A stretch of DNA of 64,000 nt. Source: Eledone cirrhosa. Taxonomy: Eukaryota. The position numbers were made by a program, and so were the translations under genes. Below, in pieces: positions 1 to 13,787 of the stretch. The notes under the pieces were generated by a model. That model did no database searches, was not told the origin of the DNA, and saw only the letters and a list, made by a program, of their open reading frames with translations. How positions within the stretch are numbered: position 1 is the stretch's first letter; each line of letters begins with the position of its first letter. The stretch lies in the NCBI GenBank assembly GCA_964016885.1, contig OZ024748.1, forward strand, positions 1,984,001 to 2,048,000. The letters are read 5' to 3'.

Positions 1-1160
1 CAACCTCTTGCCTTTGTCTAGAGCTACTGGTACAAAAGTAATTATTTATTTACCATTTAATAGGGACCCATTTAGATGTGAACTTCTCTCTTTTAGATTG
101 ATTAATTTCAATGAGAGAATATCCAGTAATAATGATGATTGTTATCAAAGAATTTCTGTCCATAGTACATTTCCTCATTTTCCCCTTCATCAAAATTCAG
201 AGTTTTTCTTGTGGGGAAGGGATTCGTTCGCATCACAAATGTTTTATATATGGAATTGTTTAAAATTATTGTTCAAATAAACAAGATAGATCTGTAGTCA
301 ATTCTTTTGGTCTGTGATCTTTACATTTGTTCTGTAGACTCCCCTCCCCCCTAGCTTTTGATCATCTTCAAACATTATAAATATATTTGTTTATAGGCCA
401 TCACATTTGTTTCAAATTAAAAGTGCTTTAACCCTTTAACTCTTTCATGACCATATTTCTGATAAAATGCAATGTATTTGAATTAATCAATGAAATATTT
501 TGACAGGTTTACTAAATGTGAATTATTAAGATAGTTTTTGTAATATAATAAAAAGGTTAGAAGGTTTTAATTTAAATAGGAAACCTTTACAATGAATAAT
601 TTTGTTCCATTTTACTGCTAATTTCTCTTCACATAACCAGATACAGGGCTGGAGTAACCATTAAGTAAAATAATGACATGTTTGGGTATCAAAGAAAGAG
701 GGATACCATTTGATTAAAATTAAATGTATTTGTCATTTCCTCCCACCACTTTTAGACTTTATCTATGAGGGACACCATAATCTTTTAAGTACTTAGGGCC
801 TCATAATGACTTAATCTAACCCTGGCCCAATGGAGGAATATGATGTAAGCCCCTGATACATAATGTGGTCCAGGTGGAAAACCAATGACTATACCAAAGT
901 TTTGAGGTTCCAAGACAACTTTCATTAAACCAAAGAAGTCACTAATTTTTTTAATGTAAGACAATTTAAAATCTAAACCAATGAAATGTAAATATATATG
1001 TATCTTATACAATGCAATAAGTGATTAATGTCTAAATCTGAAATATTTATGTTTTACTGTAAGGATAAATTTACTTTTGGTGGTCGATGAAGTTTTGTTC
1101 ATGAATTTTGTTGACCTCCTTCTGAAAAACGTTGTACATCACAGATGTAGTCAGTTTGTA

Positions 1161-1383
1161 TAATATTGATTTCCAATTGAAGCACAAAGCCAAAAAATTT
1201 CAGGAAATCACCAAGTTAACTAAATTAATCCCAGTACTTGGCCAGTACTTTATTTTATCAACCTTGGAAAAATGAAAGGCAAAGTTGACTTTGGGCAAGA
1301 TTTGAACTCAAAATGTAAAAAGCTAGAACAAATACTGCAATGGTATTTTATCTGATGCTCTACCAATTTTGCCAATTCACCAC
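1161..1383 (-). mobile_element. SINE family A, older copy
   Basis: GTACTTTATTTTATCAACC..GAAAGGCAAAGTTGAC..ATTTGAACTCA..GCTCTACC. Confidence 0.75.
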
Positions 1384-1841
1384 TATATCAGCCTGTATAA
1401 TATCAAAATTCTTTTCCTTTATATTTGAAAGGAAAACTAGATTTATGAACTGGGGATTTTCTTTACTAAATAAATAATTTATGACCTCCTACCTAAGGAA
1501 ACATAGTGAACTATTACTTTGTAATAGTTTGAATATTTGATTAGAGACCTTTTAAGAGGGAAGGGCTCATATTACATTTTATAATCTGAATACTTTAGAT
1601 TAAAGTTCAATATGTATAAAAGAATGCTGATTGATAATATTGATTCTAAAGCCAAAAAGATAGAAGTCACAGACTTACTGATGCTTGGTGTAATGTTTGA
1701 ATATGCATCAATTGATCTAAATAGTTGATCAACTGAAAAGGCATTTCATTGAAATATGTTTACTAGAAAATAGCATCTTGTCCACTTAAGTATTAGAAAA
1801 TTCTTATTAAGAAAAATATTAGAAATAGTAATAGGAAATCT

Positions 1842-1910
<69 letters not shown>

Positions 1911-2990
1911 ATGTATCATAGTACAGCTGACTTGTGTTATACCAGAATTTATAGATTTTATTAGCTAGGATTTCTTAGTGTTTCTAATTCTAATGCTCTT
2001 CCTGTGAGTTGGAATGGCTATTTCAATATGCCCTCTTTGCTGTCTTTTGGGGTAACACTTTCTCCATTCTCTCGGAGGTAGCTTGTACCTGGAGTACTGT
2101 ATACCAGAGACCAGTCTCCCACACTATCGTGGTCCTGTATCACTGGGATAGTGATAATTAAGTATTCTTGCACATGTTTTATAATTTTTTGTCAATTTCC
2201 AATTGGTACATCTGTAAGAATTTTATTATTTTTAGGATCTTAGACCTGTCAGAATTAAAAAAAAAAAAAAATTAAGGATTTTATAATTGTCAGAATTTGG
2301 AATTTTTTGTATTCTGGAAGATGTAAGAGTTAAATTTCTCATGAGAAATTTCTTATGTGAAATATGGTGTTCGTGTTTTTAACTTTACAAAATTATCCAG
2401 TCTCTTTCTCTCACACACACACTGTTACTGTACGAAATAATATAGAAAGAGGTGTCACTGGCTAATTTACTATCAACACATCAACAATGGCTTGACAATG
2501 TATAACTAGCATATAAGTTATATATTACTGTAGAATCATTAATGCACTCACTATATATATATATATATATATATATAGTCAGTAAGGTTACAATTAACAA
2601 TGAATATTGTGAAGAATTTAGTGGCTCCATATCAACTTACAAGTAAAAAAAATATAAAAATAAAAAATAAGAAACCCTCTCTACACTATATTGAGTGCAT
2701 TTTATTGTGACACTATCACAATGAGGTTGTCATGTCTTTGACACAGCTGAAGAGTCTTCCCAACCTTTCATTTGGCAGTTTTTCTATGAATCTATTCCCT
2801 TCTTATAACCAACCACTTACCAGAAAGTATTGGATGTATCATGTAAATCACCAACACTAGAAAGGTTGTCTTTGACACAGCACATATATATATGTGTCAC
2901 TGATTATCCATTGCGTATTTGTACGCCTAAGTTTGTATAGAAGGTCATATCTATATATGTATATATGTATATATCATATATATCATAAAA

Positions 2991-3033
<43 letters not shown>

Positions 3034-3213
3034 GGTAAAAAAAACCCAGAAGGTTATATTTGAAGTTGGTAGAGCACTCAGTCCAAAGAATGAGTTCAGT
3101 TTTCACTGTAGCCATTTGTAGAATCCTTTTGGTGAAACACGGGTTCTCGATTATGGTTTGCTAATTTGTTCTGGAACTCTCTCTCTCTCTCTCTCTCTGT
3201 ATATATATATATA

Positions 3214-3248
<35 letters not shown>

Positions 3249-3723
3249 ATATATATATATCTATCTCTCTCTCTATATATATAAAGTGACAATAAGAATT
3301 GCAGCTTTTTGTAAACTTTATTACACATATATATCTACATATTTGAACTATAACTCCGCAGTGATCATTTTTATCACAAGACAGTAAATTTAACGGTCAA
3401 TAATTTTATGCAGCTGCCCTGTCAAAAGATGGTCAAAATAGCCACCAGTTACATTGACAATGTCCACAGAATGGTAAGCAGCAGTTAATGAGCATCCAAC
3501 TTTAGCAGCTATGGCTCAAAAAGTTTATTTCAGCTTATGCAGTTGGAGAATTATCAATCACTTCCTGATAATAAGCATTTCCATTTACCTATCACAACAG
3601 ATCTTAGGATGGTATAATCCAATAGTTATTAATAATTGTAGCTTACTTAGATAGAAAATATCAAAATCAAAATATTTTTTCTAAAATTTGAAATGTGTGC
3701 ATCCCAATGCAAATGTCCAAAAT

Positions 3724-3761
<38 letters not shown>

Positions 3762-3782
3762 AATGTGTGTATATATATCCTT

Positions 3783-3828
3783 TCTTGTCTGATGACCGTG
3801 ATACAGGTGAAACTCCAAAGTAACAAGA
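3783..3828 (+). ncRNA. Minimal type I hammerhead ribozyme motif with a damaged stem II
   Basis: Stem I TCTTGT/ACAAGA; core CTGATGA (3789-3795); stem II CCGTG-ATA-CAGGT; GAAA; stem III CT-CCAA-AG; GUA cleavage triplet ending at 3822. Confidence 0.7.
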
Positions 3829-3850
3829 CTGACTATTTACCCATTAAAAA

Positions 3851-3884
<34 letters not shown>

Positions 3885-4583
3885 GAACGGCAAAGCATAA
3901 ATGAACTAAGGGACAAATTAGGAATAAGAGGAATCAGATGTTGTTTACTCGAGAGAAGACTACGTTGGTATGGTCACGTGATGTGCATGAAAGACGACAG
4001 CTGTATAAAAAAGTGCAGGGCAATAAAAATAGATGGTAGCCACGGAGTAGGCAGACCCAGAAAAACCTGGGACGACTTGATAAATTCTGACCTCACACAC
4101 TTACACCTCTCCAAGACAATGTCACTGGACCGAGATCTTTGGTGCTACACAGTAATATAGAAGACCCGCCTTACCTAAATACAAAGCGAAACCTACTACA
4201 GTCAGTAGGCACCTCTTAACAAAAATACACACCCGTCCCACTACCCCCACCCCATCCACACCACCCCCACCCTATCCACACCACCCCTTTCAATGTAAAG
4301 TTATGTTGGTACCACAACATCCAGTCCTAAATAAATGAGGTCGTGTAGGTGTCACGACAAAAAAAACACACAGTCCACGCTGTAATGTGGCCGTGTAGGT
4401 AACACGGTAAAAAGCTCCCAGTCCACACTGTAAATGTGGTTGGTGTTAGGAAGGGCATCCATCCATAGAAAACCCGTCAGACAGTCCTATACGAGCAAGT
4501 CAACCACTCTTGCCTCAAGTGGGAAAACTCCCGTCCAAACCCATGCTAGCGTGGAACACGGACGTTAAATGATGATGATGATG
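3885..4583 (+). mobile_element. 5'-truncated RTE LINE 3' end with long 3' UTR and (ATG)n tail
   Basis: ERQSINELRDKLGIRGI..ERRLRWYGHV..GRPRKTWDDLI; ends GGACGTTAAATGATGATGATG. Confidence 0.9.
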
Positions 4584-4756
4584 GTGAATGTGCACACACA
4601 AACCTATGTAGTTACTTGCATATATTGCTGCATTATTGTATTTCTTGTTATAATATTCATGTGTGAGTGTGCATGTCTTTTGTCACGTAGATCTATTCAT
4701 TTATATTTAGTTCACCGATACTGGGTGTATACGGAAATATATAGAAATACAAATAC

Positions 4757-5562
4757 TTCATCATCAACGTTTAACGTCCGTGTTCCACGCTTGCATGGGT
4801 TTGGACGGGGGTTTTCCCACTTGAGGCAAGAGTGATTGTCTTGCTCGCATAGGACTGTCTGGCAGGTTTTCTACAGTTGGATGCCCTTCCTAACACCAAC
4901 TACATTTACAGTGTGGGTCTGGGAGGTTTTTACCGTGTTGCCTACACGGCCACATTACAGCGTGGACTGTGTGTTTTTTTGTCGTAACACCTACACGATC
5001 TCATTTGTTTCGGCCTGGATGGTGTGGCACCAACATAACTTTACATAGAAGGGGGCGGTGTGGATGGGGTGGGGTGGTGGGACGGGAGTGTATTTTGTTA
5101 GAGATGCCTACTGACTGTAGTAGGTTTTACTTTGTATTTAGGTAAGGCGGGTCTTCTCTATTACTGAGTACCGCCAAAGGTCTCGGTCTAGTGACACTGC
5201 CATGTAACATTGCTGTTCGTATGCAGGCATCATACAACCTGCCTTTCATTTTTAGAGAGAACCCTTTAGCGGCTAATAGTGGTATAAGCTCTCTGAACTT
5301 TTTCCACCCAGTTCTGACTCTAGCTGCTGTACTTTCAGAGCACCCTCCCCCACTGCTGATTTTGTCACCCAGGTAACGGAAGCTGTCCACTATTTCTATA
5401 GAACCCTCTGCGCAGTTGAAAGAGTTAGTATTTTGTGGGCACTTGCTGCTACTTATTGCGCCAGAACACCGGCCACATGTAAAATCTATGTTCTTAGTTA
5501 GCTTACCTGTGATCCCACTACATCTTTTATGCACCCAAACTTTGCATTTGGGACACAAAATG

Positions 5563-5565
<3 letters not shown>
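4757..5565 (-). mobile_element. Internally deleted RTE LINE fragment, same family as 3885-4583, in inverted orientation
   Basis: CKVWVHKRCSG..FRYLGD..GWKKFRELIPLL..AMLHGS is joined directly to the terminal ORF/3' UTR. The UTR is the reverse complement of 4120-4580. Confidence 0.9.
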
Positions 5566-5600
<35 letters not shown>

Positions 5601-5685
5601 CATGCAAATATATTCACATATACATATGCTTGTGTGTAGGCATATATTATTGAATACAGACTCACAAACAATTATATATACAAGC

Positions 5686-5721
<36 letters not shown>

Positions 5722-6069
5722 CGTCATCATCATTATCATCATCATCATTTCATTTAAGTCCGCCTTTTCCCTGCTTGCAAGGGTGGGACGGGAACTGATT
5801 CTGGCTTGATTTCTACAGCTAGATGCCCTTCCTAACACCAACTTCATTTACAGTGAGTGCTGGGTGCTTTTTTTTACCGTGGCACCTCCACGACCACTTT
5901 GCAGTGGAATGATAGGGACCCCAGTCCCTATCATCTCATTTCTACAGCTGAGTAAACTGGAGCAATGTGAAATAAAGTGTCTTGCTCAAGGAAACAACAC
6001 ATCACCCGGTCTGACAATTGAACTCGCAACCTTTCGATTGCAAGCCCAATGCTCTAACCACTAAGCCAT
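5722..6069 (-). mobile_element. tRNA-derived SINE family B (CORE-like middle, RTE-derived tail)
   Basis: A box TGGCTTAGTGG, B box GAGTTCAATT, CCTTGAGCAAGACACTTTA core, tail CCCACCCTTGCAAGCAGGGAAAAG..(ATG)n. Confidence 0.9.
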
Positions 6070-7344
6070 TTATATTATCATTATAACATTTTCAGTATTA
6101 AGTAAGTTTTCACCACATGTGTGTGCATACTAATATTCACTATACTGATTGTTATATGTCTGAGTACATCATTGATAAATATAATACCTTTGACTCGCAA
6201 TGAATTGAAATAAATGTCTTTCTACACAGCACCCGCCTCCTAATTATTATAATGTAACTAAAGTGTTAGCTCTACCCAGCCTCTCTATTGCTTTAGTTAT
6301 TCAATTGATCAAGCCATGTAATTACTATATATAGACAGCAGATTCAGTTTAATAGGATTGTCAATCTGTTCTGGGTTATATTAGCTGTTAACCTTGATAT
6401 TTTCTTAACTCTGAATAACACCACCCAATGCTCCACTGAATATATATGTGTGTATATATCCATGTGTATGTATGTGAGTATATATATATATATATATGTG
6501 TATATGTATGTAGGTATATATACATATATTTGTACATATATATATATGCGTACATATATTTGTATGTGTGTGTATGTATATATATATATGTATATGAATG
6601 TATATAATAATAATGAAAATATTGTGTACAGTGCTCAGGTGCACTACAACTCATCAAAAGTGTATGTATAGTACATAGGGTAATGTACAAACATCAGGAA
6701 AATGAACAGTGCAGAGTCATGATATACACGTGTGCATGTGTATGGAAGGGGGACATCAGGTGTAGTTTTGGCGAATTTTGGGAAGCATGAGGGTTTTAAA
6801 GGATGCAGTGTCTTGGCAGCTAACAACTGATGCAGGCAGTTTGTTCCATGCTTCAGCAATGTATGTATGTGTGTGTGTGTGTGTGTGTGTAATTTGTAGT
6901 AATATGTAGTTGATTTGATGAAGTCATTAGAGTATTGGGTATTTGTTCCAGGTCTCTACATTTTGAGTTCCAATATCACAGAGGGTCACTTTGTTTTTCA
7001 TCCTTTCATGGTTGATAAAGAAAATACCAGTTCCCTGCTGGTGCAGCCTTCTTTCGTTTTAGTTGTCACATCCTGAATGTTCTGCTTGATTGAATAAAGT
7101 AAGGTTGAGAGGATGTCAGTGTGTACTGGTGACCCTTAGTAAAACATTCCAACATTTGCTTTACTTATGTCATGTTAAACTGACATTAATGTTTAGATGC
7201 TTAATAAGCCTGGCTAATATTATAAACTCTAATTTGTATATATATTAAGTTAGTAGTAGAAGTAGTAGTAATGGTGGTAGTAATTGTAGTAATAGTAGTA
7301 GTAGTAATAGTTGAGTAGTGATGGTAGTAGTAATGGTGGTTGTG

Positions 7345-7560
7345 GTGGCAATATTTGCCTGTAGAGCATCGGGGACTATTCTTAGAGTTACAGTTTGTTA
7401 CATTGTGAGTTTAAATCCTGCCAAGGTTAGCTTTGCCTTTTGTCCTTACAGGGTCAATAAAATAAAATACCAGTAATACACTGAGATCGAATTAATTGAC
7501 TTTCCCTTTCCCAAAATTGTTGGCCGTGTGCCTAAATCAGAAACCATGATTATTATTATT
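7345..7560 (+). mobile_element. SINE family A
   Basis: GTAGAGCATCGG..GAGTTTAAATCC..CTTTGCCTTTTGTCC..GTGCCTAAATCAGAAACC(ATT)n. Confidence 0.75.
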
Positions 7561-8769
7561 AGTAGTTGTAGTAGTGATGGTGATGGTAATTTGATTTTAA
7601 TGATTACTAATTTTCATTAACTCTTCTTAGAAAAGTAATATTCTTCAATTTTTCTTTTTTTTAAGACAGAGATCAAAAGATTCATCAAAGAAATTTAATC
7701 TGTTATTCTCAAATATTTCTTTCTTATGAATTGTTTTGTACTCAAAATATTCACATTATTTGCATAAATTGTTAGAAATTTTCTTTTATGACTGGTTTCA
7801 AGGACATGGCTTAGTGGTTAGCAGTTTGTTTCATTATAATGAGGTTCTGGGTTTGATTTGACTACGTCATATAGGGGAAGTGGCTTTTACCATATCCTTG
7901 GCTTGACCCTAATCTTGTGAAGAACATTCTGGATAACAGGAATTGTGTGGAAGTCTGTTAGATTGATTGGTCATGCAATTCAGAGTTCTAGTCTTGTATA
8001 CTGTATCACACTGTTTTGGCCTGAGGAATTATATTAAGTGTACAAGTATCTGTGGAATACTCAGCCAGTTTAATGAATAAGATGTTCACCTGTTTGCACA
8101 ACTGCATACAATGGAAGATTCATCATATGTCCTTTTTAATATATGAGCAGAATGATCAAGTAGCTACTGTATTGAACTATTAATTCATAGGATATAAGTT
8201 CAAATCTACTACAGGCCATCTGTTATGTATTTACACAGAACATTTTATTGTGTGCACCTCAGTTCATGTAAATAAGAAATAGGTACCAGATTATCTGTAA
8301 ATCTTCCTTGTAGTTCACTGGTTTTCTATCTAAATTAAATAATTTAATGTTTGTTTGTGAAATAATTTCTAAAGTGTTTTTTCAGTGCATTCTTAATTTA
8401 TAGAAAATCAATCAAGAATTTTATTTATTTGCTAGTCAAACAGATGATAGATAGAAATCTTTGCTTCAGTAATTGTATTTTAACTTTGACAAGGAACATT
8501 AGCTTGTCTGTCTTTTCTCATCTACTTAATAACATGAAACTGGAGCTTAGCACCAGTTATTGAATGCCTCCTGGATTAAGGAGATATATTCATGTAATAG
8601 CTACCTTTCAGAAAAGTTGATAGAAAGCTTTATTTTCTCTATTGAGGCACTGAAGCAAACAGTTATGTCATATCTAGATCTGTCTGTGGGGTCATTTTCT
8701 TCCTTTTTTATTTGCCATGTCTTGAGGAAGGGACAGTACCCATAGCTTTTGTAGGCACCCTGAGGCTAT

Positions 8770-9400
8770 TGAGATTGATACCATTTATATTCCACTTAAA
8801 CTGTTGTATTTCAACACTTGTAGGAAAAGAATGAGCTGGGAAGGAATTCTAAAGAGCCAACATTCCAGGGAAGAAGAATTGGGTATTGTAGTGGAGACAC
8901 ACAACATACGGGATGAGCTGAGGAGAAGATGTGTGTTGTATGATTGTCTAAGTGGATGTAGTATGAGACTAATCAGCCAGTTCCAAGGAGCAGAGGCCAT
9001 TGTACTTGTGTTAGAAAGGGTATAGAGAAGAGTCAGCATATATGTGAGCTAGTGTATGTTTATGAGAAACTTTCCAGTGGATGCAGTCTAAGGTCTGTGT
9101 GTTTGTGTAGTAGCAACACTCTCCAAGATATGGGAGTTGCATTCCATTGTGGGTCATATTTCAGATCAATAATTGTTGGGGCATGAAGTATTTTCTGGTT
9201 CTGAAGAGAAAGGACATTCTTTGTAAAAGGGAGCTATAAAACCTAACTGTAAAAATCTTTTCTCCATCTTCAATAGTTTGAAAATTAGACAATAGTTTGA
9301 TGGAAGGATGTTAAATTTGATTGGATAAGTATTTTGGTCGCTTACAGTCAAGATACCACTTCCAAGATTATTTTCAATCTGGTAACTATCATGAACAAAT
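8770..9400 (-). mobile_element. Degraded CR1/L2-group LINE fragments
   Basis: Minus strand shows decayed CR1-group C-terminal sequence (..CCCACAATGGAATGCAACTCCCA.., CTTAGACTGCATCCA, AATTCCTTCCCAGCTCATTCTTTTCC) and an RT-proximal-like segment (FIAPFYKECPFSSEPEN). Confidence 0.5.
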
Positions 9401-12142
9401 GGACAAGAAACTTGATAATCTTGCTGATATTATTGATAATCTGACACTTTATTTAGCTTCTCTTTATCTAATATTTGTTTTGAAGATTTCTCTATTTCTT
9501 TTTCCAATGATTCTTCTTTTAATTGTTTCAGTTCTTTTGTTACCTCAATCTCATGTAAAATAATATATCTTAGCTCTGCACTGACATGCGTACCAGATAA
9601 TGATACACTGAATCTAACCAACAATATTATATATTTCTATTCATTGCTCTATCTGAATTCCTTTTTGTATTTACACAATCTCTTAGATTTGAATTGTTTT
9701 CAGTGGTATAGTAAAGAAGTTACTGGACTCAGAACCTTCAGTTTTAAGTTCACAGTCAAGCTTAATATCTTCCATTTATATTTTACTTTTTTGTTTGATG
9801 TCAATAATTCTAAATTTGGCTACACAACCAAACAATTTAATGTTTGTTTGTGATATATTTTCTAAAGTGTTTTTTTGGTACATTCTTAATTTTATAGAAA
9901 ATCAATCAAGGACTCTATTTGTTTGCTAGTCAAATAGATGATAGATAGAAATCTTTGCTTCAGAAATTGTATTCTATACTTTGACAAGAACATTAGCTTA
10001 CTTGTCTCAGTCTTCTTAATATGAATGGGGATTATTCAACTGATTGACAAAACCTTCCTTGTCCATCCTTTATTTTACATTTAAACAACTATTTTCTCAA
10101 TTTATCTTTTATGACAAAAAACAAATTGATCATTGGAGCTGAAATGGCCAAGAAGTTAAAAAGTTAGATTGCTATCCTGTAAGGAATGAGTTCAAATTTT
10201 GCTACCAACATTGTATTGAATCTTAGGCAAAGACATAATAAGCTACACGGCTTAACATCCTTTTTACTGACAATAACCGCCATCTTTACTTTGCAATTGA
10301 AAGAATGGCAATAAAGAAAGCCTGTAGTTGTAAAGTAGTAAATGGAAAATTGGAAGACACATAGTGAGAGGCAACCATAAAGATCCTCCTTTTGTAGTTA
10401 ATAACATTTATTGCTGGTAATATTCTCTTCTCCTTTGGTTCACTAGCTATGTGTGATTGACAGAGAGCCACTGAAGATTTCATTCTTAAGCAATACATCA
10501 TTTTCATTATTTAATGTCTGTTCTCCGTGCTAGCAAAGCTTAGATGTGTCATCACAGACCAAGTCAGAACTCGAGCAAGGGCCACCGATTTTATTGTGTA
10601 TTTTCTCATGGCATCAACACCAGGGAGGTTATCATGTTGTATTTTATGTATCTATATAGAAAATTTCTCTCAACTGACAAACTGACACAGATTGAATATA
10701 ATTGAAGTTGGGAACAAAAATAGTTCTTGAAAAGAATCAATAAGAGTGTGGCAAAATGGTGATCTCAATCTTTTCTTTTTGGTCTTTTTATATTACTTTA
10801 AACTGGACTGCTTTATACCTAGGAAAACTATGAAAAATTAGGTTTTGTAGTTATTTTCCTTATATCAAGTTACTTGACAACATGACTGTTCCTATTGTCT
10901 TGAGCAGTACTTCAGCTGTTTACATCAGTAGAATATTCCGTCATTGTGCATCTATTTATAGTAAACTGAACTCTTCTCCCATTGAGATTTAAGTATCTTG
11001 ATCTTAGATGGAGACAGGATATGAGCCATTAATTTTTTTTGGTTACTTTTCCAGTCCTCTTCTGAATCATTCATATTGTTATCTCAATAGAATTACAGAT
11101 ACTTATTTTATTGTCAATGGATAACACTTCCCATGATGAAACTACTGCTCATGGAATTTGAACTCAACTCCTTCAAGTTTTAACATTTCTTTATAAGTCT
11201 AAGTACTTTTGTTACCATATTTCTAAAGAAAGACATTACCTATGATTTTCAGATAATTCTGAATTTCGAGGGATTTAGTAATATAATTCAATTGTTCGTT
11301 ATAAAACTGGTGTTTAGAGTATAATTTAACAAAGGCTCTTACATAATATTTTGATGAACACTCTTAAGATAAAAATAAACATTTTAAAATAAGCAATTTT
11401 GTATCATAGAACCAGCGGCATTTGCAGGTGGTTTGATATCAAAAAAGTTACGTAATCACTGCTTTGTTTGAGATGTTTTACACCTTCCACTGCCTTCTTC
11501 ATATTCTGGAATAAAAAGTCAAAAATAACACTTTTCTTTCACTTTATAAGACTTAGCTACAGTTAATAGCAGGGATAGAACAGGAAATCCAACGAATCAG
11601 ACTTCAGGGATGTCATACAGTTAATAATTTAAAACATAATGGGGATGCTGGATTGGCAGAATTGGTAGAGCATTGGATAAAATGCCATTAAAGTATTTAT
11701 TCTGGATTTTTACATCCTGAACTCCAATCCTTCCAATGTCAACTTTGCCCTTCACCCAAATTTGCCAAAATAAGAAACAATATAAAACGTGATTTTAGGG
11801 GGGGGGGGAATGCTCCTTTTTAGTTTTATATATATATATATGTTTAGGAAATTCCTTATATATAGTTCAAATCTAAGAATCTAAGAGAAAAAATCTTTAT
11901 ATTGTCAAACGTCTGGCCTAATCAATAAAGCTGTTTTAAACGTGAAACACGTAGAGAAAGGAGCTGTTTTTTCATTACTGAAATGAGTTCTATGAATAAA
12001 TTCAATTATTTAAAAAGAATTACATCTTCAAATTATATAGAACAGAAATACTTAGAAAAATCAACTTCTTACAATGTATTGGTTTGCGAGTAGCTCATTA
12101 TACACCCATGCACACATATTTATACACACATACATGACACAC

Positions 12143-12193
<51 letters not shown>

Positions 12194-12824
12194 TATAGAG
12201 AGAGAGAGATATATCTTTCTTTATAGACACACACACACACACATATATAGACACACACACACACACATATATATATATATTATCATCATCACCGTTTAAT
12301 GTCCATTTTCCACACTAGCATGGGTTAGACAAGCTGTCATGTTGTGAGAAAACCCTGGTCGGATGACCATGCCTTGCTCATACTGATTATGACTTGGTTT
12401 CTACGGCTGGATGCCCTTCCTAATGCCAACTATATTTACAGTGTGTACTGGGTGTTTTTTGTTGTGGCACCTACACGACCACTTTACAGCGAGGACTGGG
12501 CGCTTCTTGTTGTGGCATCAAAAATGACCACTATACAATGTGGACTGGGGACACATATATATATATATGTCTCTGTGTGTGTATATATATATAGATATAT
12601 GTGTGTGTGTATTTATAGAGTGAGAGAGAGAGAGTCATGGCTACATACACAATCATGACTATTTCGTTTTGGGAGTGGAGTTGATACACTTAAAGATGAA
12701 CACAGGAAACACTTAACAGAGAAACTCTCAATGTGTACAAGTTGAGATGACGATATTTCTAATGGTTTTTCAAAGTTCATGATACACAATATCCACAACT
12801 ATCTTTGGAAGCCTCTATAACATA

Positions 12825-13450
12825 TGGCGGTACTAAAATATAACAAAAAACCATCTATACAGTCACTAACTGTACTAAAATTCTATATAATCAGTTACTG
12901 TATTGAAGAAAGCATATAGACACTAGCTGATCTGAAAAATAACATGGTGTATAACCATTAATTGAGCTAGAAATTAAGTAGTACTGAAAAAGGATATATA
13001 GAGTTACAGGCTTTACAAAAATCCCATAAAACCACTGGGTGTGCTGCAAAATCTTTACTACAAAACTATGAAACTACTGGCTATATTAAGAAACAAACTA
13101 ACATATTGTTTAACCACTGGTTGTCATGAAATAACATGAGCACTTCCTATATTGAGAAGAATATATATTACTGGTTTTACCATAAAATTGTGTACCTACT
13201 TGGTGTAGTAACCACTGGTTGGGCTGAAAAAAACTACAGTAACCACTGGTTGTACTAAAAACATAATAATCACCATCTGTACTGAATAACCATAATAATC
13301 TTTAGTTGTACTGAAAAACCATATAGTCACTAGCTGTACTGAAAAACCATAACACCACTGGCTATATTAAACTATATATAACCACTGGCTGTATGAAACT
13401 ATATATCACCATTGGCTGTATTAAATTTATATATAACCATTGGTGATATT
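12825..13450. repeat. Degenerate ~30-bp minisatellite
   Basis: Recurrent AACCACTGG(T/C)TGTACTGAAAAACCATA. Confidence 0.75.
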
Positions 13451-13566
13451 GATTCTGCTGGTCAGTTTCAACTTTTGGTTGGCTGATGTTTGGAAGATAA
13501 AATGTAAACAAGTAGGAATAAATTCCAAAGGAATCCATTCATGAAAAGAAAGGGTAAACATAGTAT

Positions 13567-13787
13567 TTAACTCTTGATGTAATGATTTAGAAGAAAATGC
13601 CAAAAAACTGATTTGTTAGTTCCAATACTTAAAGTATCTTTGTTCATAACGGTTTACATTAGTGTTGTGAAAATTTGCAGTATTAGAGTGAAGACTAACT
13701 TTTAATGTGATGCAGTCATAGAGGTGCTTTGTACTTTTCAAAAATACTAAGCTATTGTAGTTACATACTATAGATGTTAAGAGTTAA
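13567..13787. mobile_element. Old TTAA-flanked MITE (related segments at about 28740-29000 and 430-610)
   Basis: TTAACTCTT ... AAGAGTTAA; internal TAATGTGATGCAGTCATAG..TTTGTACTTTT is shared with 28920. Confidence 0.55.

Noticed and set aside
644-824. hAT-like MITE (CAGGGC..CCCTG)
   Set aside because: TIRs are too degenerate and there is no 8-bp TSD, so it was not called as a feature.
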